Source of the DNA: Candidatus Micrarchaeota archaeon
Lineage (GTDB): Archaea > Micrarchaeota > Micrarchaeia > Anstonellales > Bilamarchaeaceae
Reading direction: 5' to 3'
Assembly: GCA_040754495.1 (NCBI GenBank)
Contig: JBFMCO010000007.1
Span: 1-21,570 of the forward strand
DNA length: 21,570 nt
Shown here piece by piece: positions 1-7,587 of this stretch (its first letter is position 1; the number at the start of each line of letters is the position of its first letter). The translations under genes were made by a program, and so were the position numbers. Under the pieces are notes generated by a model. That model had not been told where the DNA came from, made no database searches, and worked only from the letters and a program-made list of their open reading frames with translations.

Positions 1-1
1 C

Positions 2-97
2 GAGGAGGTCTACAACTCAAAGCGGCTGCACTCGTCGATAGGATATGTGCCGCCCAATGAGTTTGAGGTGAGATTTTTAAACGGGAATGTGGCTTAA
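2..97 (+). CDS. IS3-family transposase (OrfB integrase core), C-terminal fragment
   Basis: The frame from nt 2 reads EEVYNSKRLHSSIGYVPPNEFEVRFLNGNVA*. This matches the YNxxRxHxxLgyxxPxxfE tail of IS3 OrfB. It is too short for the ORF track. Confidence 0.85.
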   Translation, partial: EEVYNSKRLHSSIGYVPPNEFEVRFLNGNVA

Positions 98-127
98 CTG
101 GTTGTCTACAAATAGGGGTTCACTCCA
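98..127. repeat. Right terminal inverted repeat (IRR) of the IS3 element
   Basis: CTGGTTGTCTACAAATAGGGGTTCACTCCA lies right after the transposase stop and ends in 5'-CA-3'. The partner IRL is outside the window, so the exact length cannot be confirmed. Confidence 0.7.
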
Positions 128-543
128 AGGTTTTCTTATCAAACCAAAGATAGTAGAGTATTATAGCCCCAAGCAAGGCTGGAATAAACATGGGAAGAGG
201 TAATTGAGGGAAGCGGATAAATAACAATACAAATGCCAGAAACAGTACAATAATGATAAATATTGTCGTTAACGCTCTTGCAATTTTAGATTGTTTCCAT
301 ATGAAAACGGCAAGAATGATTGCTATTGCTGGAATTGCCAAAAGCAGGAAGAAAAATAAATTAGTAATTAGTGTTATATCTTCAGGCACTGTTAAAGACG
401 CTGTTTTCGCTGTTGTTTCCACTAAAAAGGACATATCACGCACCTTGGAATAATAAGTATAGGGTAATCCCTGAAATAAGCAGTCCAAATAGCACTAAAA
501 GAATTGTTGCGATCAATAGACCGAACGGTTTTTCTTTCTTCAT
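120..543 (-). pseudogene. Small multi-pass membrane protein, split by a frameshift and truncated by the IS3 insertion
   Basis: ORF 543-436 (MKKEKPFGLLIATILLVLFGLLISGITLYLLFQGA*) is followed in another frame by 434-120 (MSFLVETT...IWKQSKIARAL...IILYYLWFDKKTLE*). Together they form one hydrophobic ~140-aa protein resembling small archaeal DUF2127-type 4-TM proteins (inference). The last codons and the stop come from the IS end. Confidence 0.6.
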
Positions 544-594
544 AGTATATCAGCTTGAATAAATTATACTAAAATAGAGTTAAATTTCTTCTCC

Positions 595-628
595 TGCAAT
601 ATCTTGCACATACATGCATGATCTTGCA
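595..628. promoter_or_regulatory. Tandem imperfect palindromes, candidate operator pair
   Basis: TGCAATATCTTGCA (595-608) and TGCATGATCTTGCA (615-628) have a 20-bp period and lie between divergent genes. Confidence 0.4.
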
Positions 629-684
629 TGTCTTGTCTGGAAGCAGTTTCACTTTTTGCAATCGTACCCTGCACAGGAAGCTTT

Positions 685-721
685 TTATTCATTTGTGGAT
701 AGTATTATTCACTTTTGGATA
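685..721. promoter_or_regulatory. Tandem near-palindromic direct repeats, candidate autoregulatory operators of the MNT-HEPN operon
   Basis: TTATTCATTTGTGGATA (685-701) and TTATTCACTTTTGGATA (705-721) are 15/17 identical, each with an ATTCA-N4-TGGAT core. They end 10 nt before ATG 731 of an HTH-bearing gene. Confidence 0.5.
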
Positions 722-730
722 AGTGACTGG

Positions 731-1264
731 ATGGAAGCGATACAACTCATGAAATACCGAGGAGCGCGGAAGCTTCTCGAAACACTGATCAAGTTCCCGA
801 ACAGACAGTTCACAATAAACGAGCTAGCGAAAGAGGCTGGTGTGCCTTTTGCATCGACATGGCGACTGGTGAGGAAGTGGGAGCCTGCGGGCCTGATAGA
901 AACCGGAAGAGTCGGAAGAAGCGTCACGGTGAAGCTCCATAGATCCGAATACCTGGATTCCGTCCTCTCGCTACTTAACATAAGCAAGAGCCCCCAGGTA
1001 TTCACTGCCAACGCCTTAGTAGACCTGCTCGCCAAGGAGAAAAAGGTCAAAGAGGCCTATCTGTTCGGCAGTGTTGCAAGTGGAAATGAGAAAATCATCA
1101 GTGACATTGACATCGCCTTGCTTGTCGAAAAAGATTTCGACGCAAACAGTTTAGTATTCCGCGTTTATGAAAAATACGGAACAAAGATAGTGCCGATCAC
1201 GTTCCTAAACAAGAAAGAACTGAAGGCATTCATGGCTGACAAGAAAGGGGAGCGGTTGAAATGA
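731..1264 (+). CDS. Winged-HTH plus minimal nucleotidyltransferase (MNT) antitoxin
   Basis: The N-terminal wHTH reads FTINELAKEAGVPFASTWRLVRKWEPAGLI. The C-terminal Pol-beta NTase motif reads YLFGSVASG...SDIDIALLV. Start 731 (or 749) is preferred over 614. It overlaps the next gene via ATGA. Confidence 0.88.
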   Translation: MEAIQLMKYRGARKLLETLIKFPNRQFTINELAKEAGVPFASTWRLVRKWEPAGLIETGRVGRSVTVKLHRSEYLDSVLSLLNISKSPQVFTANALVDLLAKEKKVKEAYLFGSVASGNEKIISDIDIALLVEKDFDANSLVFRVYEKYGTKIVPITFLNKKELKAFMADKKGERLK

Positions 1265-1659
1265 CAGATACGCCTGAAAGAGCAGTGCACGAAGCTGAAA
1301 ACTGGCTGGCATCTGCTAGGCACATCCTGATGGATGCGGCTGAAGACGAGGCACGAGTGAATGTCTGCTGTGCCCAGGCCATACATGCGATAATACGTGC
1401 GAACGACGCACTCTCACTGAAATTCCTCGGGCACAAAGCAACCCGCCATGACGATGCTGCCATCTTCTTTTCAAAGATCGTCAGGCAGGGAAAGCTTCCT
1501 GAGAACGCAGCGGAATTCAAGAACCTGATAGCGCAGGCGATGAGGGATAAAAGCGGGGCGGATTATGGGAAAGGCTCGTTCTCTTGCAAAGATGCTCAAA
1601 AGTATGTAGAGCAAACAGGGCATTTCGTCATGATGGTGAAGGACGTTTTGAAGTTGTGA
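1261..1659 (+). CDS. HEPN-domain protein (toxin partner of MNT)
   Basis: This 132-aa helical protein (AENWLASARH...CAQAIHAIIRANDAL...TRHDDA...RDKSGADYG) is coupled to an MNT gene, the standard archaeal MNT-HEPN arrangement. Confidence 0.85.
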   Translation: MTDTPERAVHEAENWLASARHILMDAAEDEARVNVCCAQAIHAIIRANDALSLKFLGHKATRHDDAAIFFSKIVRQGKLPENAAEFKNLIAQAMRDKSGADYGKGSFSCKDAQKYVEQTGHFVMMVKDVLKL

Positions 1660-1749
1660 CATGCAAAATGCTTAAATATTCAGAGTCACAATCCTATACA
1701 AAAAGAGCATGATATTGACTCTCAAGGAAAGGCCTTGAACAAATGCCTG

Positions 1750-1915
1750 GGTTCATCCCCGGGGCGTAATCCTTTCTGCTCGTCGCCGCCTTTTGCAGCC
1801 CCCGGCGAACCGGGCTTCTTCCACCTTCGGGGCTTTCGGACCCGGCAAGGGCCGTGGCCGGTGGGGTAGCACTCGCCCGGCCGGGGCTGGGCGATGCGGT
1901 TTCCGGGGATGAACC
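1750..1915. ncRNA. Unassigned GC-rich structured element (candidate ncRNA or MITE-like)
   Basis: A perfect 13-bp closing inverted repeat (GGTTCATCCCCGG 1750-1762 / CCGGGGATGAACC 1903-1915) encloses several internal helices. It is fully intergenic, and no family was recognised. Confidence 0.5.
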
Positions 1916-1922
1916 ACACGTG

Positions 1923-1930
1923 AATATAAG
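1923..1930 (+). promoter_or_regulatory. Archaeal TATA-like box for the surface-protein gene
   Basis: AATATAAG ends 22 nt before ATG 1953. Confidence 0.5.
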
Positions 1931-1952
1931 ATATCCCATGATATTCCTAGCC

Positions 1953-4900
1953 ATGAAACCCGGAACGTTCGTTCTTTCCCTCCTGGCGTTTTTGTCAATC
2001 GGATTCGCGGTGCCGGTCTCGTCCTGCAGCGAGATAACTTCGCCTGGGACGTACGACCTCACATCAGATGTCAGCGGAGAGCCCTATCCGGTCTCGCTGC
2101 CGTATGGGGGGAACGCCTGCTTCAGGATCGATTCTTCAGACGTCATTCTCGACTGCCACGGATTCGACTTGGTGGGCACGTATGTATACGGCAACTCATA
2201 CGGGGTCGCCGTAGAATCCCCCCTTTCGAATGTGGAGATACGGAACTGCGACATAACCCAATACGTATATGGAATTTTCTCAGACGTTTCCACGTCCTTG
2301 GTCGTGACGAACAACTCCATCCACGACAATCAAATCGGAGCCCAGCTGGAATCCTGTTCCAACTGCAGCGTGGAGGGCAACACTTTCCTTGACAATATCG
2401 GCAACAACCAGATATACGCGGAGCACGGGTCTGGAAACAACTTCACTGCAAACAGCATAACCCTTTCAACCCCTTCGGCATGGGCTGACGGGATGCAGTT
2501 TTATGACGAGTCATTCGACATCGTCCTCCTTAACAACATTAGTTTCATGGGCAGGGGCATCAATGTCAATTCCGCCTGCAGTAACATGACCTTCATCGGA
2601 AACAACGCCAGCAACAATTCACAGTATGGATTGGAGCTCGGGTTCAGCACAAACGGCACGGTCCGGGACAATCTTTTTCAGGATAACGGCCTCGTAGACA
2701 TATACCTTGTCGGACAGGACTGCTCAGATGTCATCGTAAATAACACAGGTTCCCGGGACATGCCGATATATTACAACAACAGCGCCGTCCTCCTCCAGGA
2801 CTCCGAGTTCTCGGAACTCATGCTGTGCGGCCATGGGGCGGACGGTTCCTCGCTCCAGAACGTCACGGTGCACGGCTCGGATAGCGTCTACAACAATGGG
2901 GCCTTCTTCAATAACGTGGATTATCTCGTGGTGAACAACTCCGAATCGTCCAACAACGCCTACGGTTTCCAGTGCTGGGGATGCAATTACGCTATATTCA
3001 CGAACGACACGGCCGACTACAATTACGCGCTCGAATACTACCAGCCCCGAGGCTTCGGATTCAGCATCGGCGACAGCCGGTATGGCTTTTTCGACAATCT
3101 CAGTGCATACGGGAACAACCAATATGGTTTCGTGATCCCGGACACCGATTCCGGTGGGCACACGGTGAGCAATTCTATTTTCCAGGAGAACCAGGAACTG
3201 GATTTCATGGCTTGGCCGACGTATCCGGAGTATTACTGCGATTATATTATAAGCAACATTACGGTTTCAGGCGACATGCCACTCGATTACTACAACGAAA
3301 GCGTGGTTCTCAGCGACATCACATCGCCGGAGATCCTGCTTTGCGGAACAGGCGCCAGCGGCTCGAACCTCACCAACATCACGCTGAGCGGCTCCCCGGA
3401 CGTGGGCAACAACGCCATAGTGCTCATGTTTGTCAACGATACCAGCATCAGCAATTCCGAATCGTCATGGAACTATTACGGCGTATATGCCTGGGGAGGA
3501 AAAAACATCGAGATATCCAACACGACCGCTTCATACAACGGCCTGGCGGGTTTCCAGATATATTATTCTGAGAATGCCCGCATCTTGGACAGCACCGCCG
3601 CAAGCGAACAGTACGGCGTGTACCTGAATGGTGCGGGCAACGCCACCGTAAGCAACAATACCATGCCCCTGGATTCATTCGGGGTGATGGCCGTTGGCGG
3701 ACCAAATACCACTATCATCAACAACAACATAACGGACAGCGGATATTCCATCATGCTGGGGTCGACTTCCGGAGGCAACGTTTCCGGGAATTCGATCGCC
3801 ACCGCGTACGGCTCGTGTATCTACGTCTATGACATAACCGGTGCCGGCATCTCCAATAACAGCGCCGACAACTGCTCGTCCTATGCCGGGGCATACGGCG
3901 CCATCTATCTCGGATATAACTCGAACGGCAACACCATCACGGATAATGCGCTCTCGGGAAGCAATTACGGCGTTTCGTTGGAGACTTATTTCACAGGGAA
4001 CAACAGCATCAGCCGGAACAGCATCCGCAACAACAGCGTCGGGGTCTATGCACAGTCTGGTGTGCACGACAATGACGTCTTCAACAACAGCATCGCCAAC
4101 AATTCCCAGTATGGCGTCTCGCTCAGCTACGCAGGGACGGGCAACCTCTTTCGCGGAAACGACATGGCCGGAAATCTCCTGCGCGGCTTCGACCTCGGAT
4201 ACAGCTCTGGCAACAACTTCACCGGGAATCGGATTTCCGGCTCCAGCTCCGGCTTTTCCATCGTCTCATCAAACCTTAACCATCTGTCCGGCAACGCCAT
4301 CGCTGACGTATGGACGGGGATAGATATATCCGCCGCATCTTCCGGCAACGTGCTCCAGTCGAGCAACATCACCCGGAGCAGCGCTTATGCCTTGTCGCTG
4401 TCGAATTCGGCCGGTACGAACATCTCTGACCTGCACTTCTACAACAACAGCATCGATATGAGGGTGCTGGGCCCCAATGTCACGTTCAACTCCTCTGGAG
4501 TCATATTCGACAACCCGTACGGAAATATCACCAATTATACGAACCTGTCTCTTTACGATTCCGCGGGACCTGAGGGCTACGTCCTTCTGTGGTCGCCAAG
4601 CCCGGCGCCCCTCCCGGAGAACCTGACCAGCTTCAACCAGAAATTCGTAGAGATATCAGCTTTCTCCGGGACGCCCACCCTAGACAGCCTCACCTGGCAC
4701 TGGGATGACTCCGAGCTCGCGGGATTCAACGAATCCAGGCTGGACCTCTGGGGGTATTCCTCCGGATGGTACAATGTCACGAGCGCGTCCCTTGATGAAG
4801 CCGCGAATGCCATTCATGTGACGGCCCTCGATCCAGCCAGCGTCTACGCCATCGTGCAGGATGAGCGGTTGTCCACGCCACCGCCAGAGGGGCCCCCAAG

Positions 4901-5900
4901 CGGGGATCAGGACAGGCGCGAAAGCCTCGATGCATCCGTCGATTCCTCCTGCGAGATGAACTCCGTAGAGGTCACCAGCGGCGATACCCCTGTTTCCGGC
5001 TCGCTGGTCATAGTTACAGACCGGAGCGGAAGCGTACTGGCATCAGGCTCCACGGACGGTTACGGAAGGTTCGGGTTCGGCGGCTGCGGAAAAAACGTTT
5101 CTTTGCATGCAAGCAAGTCCGGCTATCTGCCAGCCAGTGCCGAAGGGGCCCTGGTAAGCTGCTCGCAATGCGCTCTGCCTGAATGCTCTTCCGACAGCGA
5201 GTGCGATGCCGGACGCTGCAGCGACGGCAAGTGCACGGCCGGGCCGGGACCCGTGCCGCCCCCCGGACAGCAATGCACCGCGCCAGCATGCTGCGTTTCG
5301 GATTCGCAGTGCGCCGACAGCCAGGCCTGCCTCGGTGCCAATGATTCGGCCGGAACAAGCGCCTCGCCAGGCTCGTGCAAGGCATTGACCGGCTGCGGGC
5401 ATGTTGAAGGGCACAAGCTCGCCCCGTATGAATGCGGCCCTGAGGCAGGATGCCCGAGCTGCTCGGAGGGCTTCACCTGCGTGGAGCACAAGTGCGTGCA
5501 GAACGACATATCCTGCCCCACTACGGGCATAGTCGGCGACGAGAAGACCTGTGCTGCGACCGAGAACGGCCAGGCCTGCGCGAACTGCGACTTCGAGGTC
5601 ACCGACCCCTCGGGCAAGAAGTCCCGCGGAAGGACCGACGAGGAGGGCAACTTCAACCTGCCGCTCAACCTGGAGGGCACATACAAGGTGGCGCTGCTCA
5701 AGGACGGCAAGGTGATAAAGACCATAGATGTCAAGGCCTTCCCGCAGGCAGCCCCTGAGCAGCCCGAGAAGCCCCCGACGGCCGGCACAGACGCGTTCCC
5801 GCTCCTGTGGCTGGTGGTTCTGGTGCTCCTGGTCATGGGCGCAATTTTCTACTGGAGACGCCGGGGGCAGAAAAAGAAAGACACCGGAAAGAATGGATAG
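1953..5900 (+). CDS. Large cell-surface protein with NosD/parallel beta-helix repeats, Cys-rich and Ig-like modules and a C-terminal TM anchor
   Basis: It starts with a signal peptide (MKPGTFVLSLLAFLSIGFA). PbH1-like repeats follow (NNxIxxNxxGI-type) with many N-x-S/T sequons. Cys-rich CxxDxxC modules precede a hydrophobic helix (FPLLWLVVLVLLVMGAIFYW) and a basic tail (RRRGQKKK). Start 1953 (or 1938) is preferred over 1854. Confidence 0.88.
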   Translation: MKPGTFVLSLLAFLSIGFAVPVSSCSEITSPGTYDLTSDVSGEPYPVSLPYGGNACFRIDSSDVILDCHGFDLVGTYVYGNSYGVAVESPLSNVEIRNCDITQYVYGIFSDVSTSLVVTNNSIHDNQIGAQLESCSNCSVEGNTFLDNIGNNQIYAEHGSGNNFTANSITLSTPSAWADGMQFYDESFDIVLLNNISFMGRGINVNSACSNMTFIGNNASNNSQYGLELGFSTNGTVRDNLFQDNGLVDIYLVGQDCSDVIVNNTGSRDMPIYYNNSAVLLQDSEFSELMLCGHGADGSSLQNVTVHGSDSVYNNGAFFNNVDYLVVNNSESSNNAYGFQCWGCNYAIFTNDTADYNYALEYYQPRGFGFSIGDSRYGFFDNLSAYGNNQYGFVIPDTDSGGHTVSNSIFQENQELDFMAWPTYPEYYCDYIISNITVSGDMPLDYYNESVVLSDITSPEILLCGTGASGSNLTNITLSGSPDVGNNAIVLMFVNDTSISNSESSWNYYGVYAWGGKNIEISNTTASYNGLAGFQIYYSENARILDSTAASEQYGVYLNGAGNATVSNNTMPLDSFGVMAVGGPNTTIINNNITDSGYSIMLGSTSGGNVSGNSIATAYGSCIYVYDITGAGISNNSADNCSSYAGAYGAIYLGYNSNGNTITDNALSGSNYGVSLETYFTGNNSISRNSIRNNSVGVYAQSGVHDNDVFNNSIANNSQYGVSLSYAGTGNLFRGNDMAGNLLRGFDLGYSSGNNFTGNRISGSSSGFSIVSSNLNHLSGNAIADVWTGIDISAASSGNVLQSSNITRSSAYALSLSNSAGTNISDLHFYNNSIDMRVLGPNVTFNSSGVIFDNPYGNITNYTNLSLYDSAGPEGYVLLWSPSPAPLPENLTSFNQKFVEISAFSGTPTLDSLTWHWDDSELAGFNESRLDLWGYSSGWYNVTSASLDEAANAIHVTALDPASVYAIVQDERLSTPPPEGPPSGDQDRRESLDASVDSSCEMNSVEVTSGDTPVSGSLVIVTDRSGSVLASGSTDGYGRFGFGGCGKNVSLHASKSGYLPASAEGALVSCSQCALPECSSDSECDAGRCSDGKCTAGPGPVPPPGQQCTAPACCVSDSQCADSQACLGANDSAGTSASPGSCKALTGCGHVEGHKLAPYECGPEAGCPSCSEGFTCVEHKCVQNDISCPTTGIVGDEKTCAATENGQACANCDFEVTDPSGKKSRGRTDEEGNFNLPLNLEGTYKVALLKDGKVIKTIDVKAFPQAAPEQPEKPPTAGTDAFPLLWLVVLVLLVMGAIFYWRRRGQKKKDTGKNG
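2718..3482 (+). repeat. Internal ~172-aa tandem duplication within the beta-helix protein
   Basis: DCSDVIVNNTGSRDMPIYYNNSAVLLQDSEFSELMLCGHGADGSSLQNVTVHGS...NSESSNNAYG (from 2718) aligns with YCDYIISNITVSGDMPLDYYNESVVLSDITSPEILLCGTGASGSNLTNITLSGS...NSESSWNYYG (from 3234), an offset of 516 nt. Confidence 0.8.
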
Positions 5901-5951
5901 ACTGCAGAATGAAAGCTCGACCGCGATAAGACTTCGCGCGTGCAGCAGCAC

Positions 5952-6623
5952 CTAGTTCTCCGCTTTCATCTTCTTCCGCCGCTCAAGCTCGGACTTCGAA
6001 GGCTTTGGGAGTTCGAAGGTACCGACCTTGATTTGGCCCTCCCGCGCGTATGTAGCGATGATGACGCCGGTCTTCGACACCTTGCAGTCGAGCAGCTTCA
6101 GGCCGGCTGGGACCGTTCCGGAGTCGAAGAGGCGCTTGCCTTTCCCCAGCGTGAGCGGGAATATCCAAACGTTGAACTGGTCAATAAGGTCGTGTTTCAG
6201 CAAAGTTTGGATGAGGTTGCCGCTCCCGTGGATTTGTATCTCCGGCCCGTCCTGCTTCTTCAGTTTCGCGATTTCCTTCGCTACGTCGCCTTTGATGAGC
6301 GTGGAGTTTTCCCAGTCCGCTTTTGAAAGCGTCTTCGAGACGACGTATTTTTTCGAGCCATTCAGCTTGTCAGCAGCCGGCTTTTCAGGCCCGTCCTTGA
6401 CATACGGCCAGTGGGCGGCGAATATCTCGTATGTCTTCCGGCCGAGCAGGAGGTCGAACTTCCTTCCCATGAACTCGTCCATAACCTTGCCCATCTGCTC
6501 GTCCCAGTAATTTACCGACCACCCACCATATTTGAAGCCGCCTGACTGGTCCTCCTCCGGCCCGCCCGGGGCTTGCATGACGCCATCAAGGCTTACGAAC
6601 GTGTTCGCTACTATTTTCCTCAT
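5952..6623 (-). CDS. Dihydrofolate-reductase-like (RibD C-terminal domain) family protein
   Basis: Motifs: MRKIVANTFVSLDGVMQAPG, LLLGRKTYEIF, IHGSGNLIQTLLKHDLIDQFNVWIFPLTLGKGKRLF. Confidence 0.9.
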   Translation of the reverse strand: MRKIVANTFVSLDGVMQAPGGPEEDQSGGFKYGGWSVNYWDEQMGKVMDEFMGRKFDLLLGRKTYEIFAAHWPYVKDGPEKPAADKLNGSKKYVVSKTLSKADWENSTLIKGDVAKEIAKLKKQDGPEIQIHGSGNLIQTLLKHDLIDQFNVWIFPLTLGKGKRLFDSGTVPAGLKLLDCKVSKTGVIIATYAREGQIKVGTFELPKPSKSELERRKKMKAEN

Positions 6624-6976
6624 TTTTTCACCTCGTTCTTCTTCGCCCGCGCCCTGACCAGTTTCCGTATGAGGGCGGCAGGTAGTTTTTCGTCAAGAGG
6701 AAAGCGGATCGTCGCCGCTGCGGTCTTGTATCCTTTCAGCTCCTTCCTGTGCTCCGCCACAATCGGAGTTGGGATATACAGCCCGATATGCCTTTTTGCA
6801 AGCCGGAAATACGCAAGCCGTCCCCGATATGCGTAATACGGCATCCCGTAGCTGATTTTTTCCTCAGCCTTGGGCGCTGCGGCCTTGACTATTTTGCGCA
6901 TCTGGGCGAGCTTCGCTCGCGCTTCCTTAGGAGCCGCTGCGATATAGGAGCTTACATCGTTCGGTTTTTTTGCCAT
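6620..6976 (-). CDS. DUF1801 / YdhG-like protein
   Basis: Reads MAKKPNDVSSYIAAAPKEARAKLAQMRKIVKAAAPKAEEKISYGMPYY...HIGLY...ATIRFPLDEKLP, with ATG at 6976. Confidence 0.85.
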   Translation of the reverse strand: MAKKPNDVSSYIAAAPKEARAKLAQMRKIVKAAAPKAEEKISYGMPYYAYRGRLAYFRLAKRHIGLYIPTPIVAEHRKELKGYKTAAATIRFPLDEKLPAALIRKLVRARAKKNEVKK

Positions 6977-6977
6977 G

Positions 6978-7559
6978 TCATCCCTTCCCGGGGCCTTTCG
7001 GCCTGTAATAAAGCAAAACATTCCCTGAGCGGAATGTCCTTGTTTTCAGGAGTTCCAGGCCGAGCGTATTGCCCAGCCCCTTGAGCAGGCGCGTCCCGCC
7101 CCCTATGGCGACCGGATTCACCATGATGCGGAATTCGTCGACAAGGCCTGCCTTCACCAGGCTCACGCACAGGTTGTTGCTTCCGAAGATTGCGATGTCT
7201 TTCCCGGCCTGCCGCTTCAGCTGGGAAACGATTTTCTCCGCGTCCTTCTTAACGAGCGTGGTGTTGCGCCAATCGACGCTGGAAAGAGTCGTCGAAAAAA
7301 CGAGCTTCTGCGTGTCGCCGAGAATCCCCGCGACCTGAAGGTCGTCCCTGGCGGTGGCCGGATCCTTTTCGGCCGCGGGCCAGAAGTCCTCGAAGAGCTG
7401 GTAGGTCTTCCGCCCGAGCAGTATGGTGTCCGTCTCCTTAAGCTGCTTGATGGCGAATTCGTTGAACTCCCCGTCCACGTTGTGCCAGCCCAAATCATGG
7501 CCTTTGCCCTCGAAGAACCCGTCCAGGCTCACCATCATGAACAGGTATACCTTCCTCAT
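6978..7559 (-). CDS. Dihydrofolate-reductase-like (RibD C-terminal domain) family protein, second paralogue
   Basis: Motifs: MRKVYLFMMVSLDGFFEG, ILLGRKTYQLF, IFGSNNLCVSLVKAGLVDEFRIMVNPVAIGGGTRL. Start 7559 is preferred. Confidence 0.9.
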   Translation of the reverse strand: MRKVYLFMMVSLDGFFEGKGHDLGWHNVDGEFNEFAIKQLKETDTILLGRKTYQLFEDFWPAAEKDPATARDDLQVAGILGDTQKLVFSTTLSSVDWRNTTLVKKDAEKIVSQLKRQAGKDIAIFGSNNLCVSLVKAGLVDEFRIMVNPVAIGGGTRLLKGLGNTLGLELLKTRTFRSGNVLLYYRPKGPGKG

Positions 7560-7587
7560 GAGACCAGCACCGGCCATACGCGACCGC

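Larger units (their letters stand above)
1..127 (+). mobile_element. IS3-family insertion sequence, right end (element continues left of the window)
   Basis: The transposase C-terminus (2-97) is followed directly by a terminal repeat ending in CA at 127. Read inward it is TGGAGTGAACCCCTATTTGTAGACA, which fits the IS3-family TG...CCCC...GACA end style. Confidence 0.82.

Noticed and set aside
121-127. CACTCCA as a tRNA 3' end or attachment site
   Set aside because: No cloverleaf or T-loop upstream. It is better explained as the IS3 terminus.
614-730. N-terminal extension of the MNT ORF from ATG 614
   Set aside because: It runs through AT-rich operator/promoter repeats and does not look protein-like. 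The wHTH begins after 731/749.
1750-1915. RNase P RNA, SRP RNA, HDV-like ribozyme or guanidine-I riboswitch identity
   Set aside because: There is partial resemblance only (e.g. GCAGAAAGGAUUAC before the closing stem on minus). There is no GAGGAAAGUCC P4 strand, no SRP helix-8 CAGG/AGCA loop, no proper HDV P3/L3, and no full ykkC consensus.
1854-1952. Longer start for the surface protein
   Set aside because: It overlaps the structured element. The signal peptide and TATA box point to 1953 (or 1938).
5043-5951. 302-aa minus-strand ORF
   Set aside because: Antisense shadow of the surface-protein gene, expected at high GC.
6992-7003. GGCC-GAAA-GGCC hairpin as a terminator
   Set aside because: Only a 4-bp stem, inside the coding end of the DHFR-like gene in a coupled operon.
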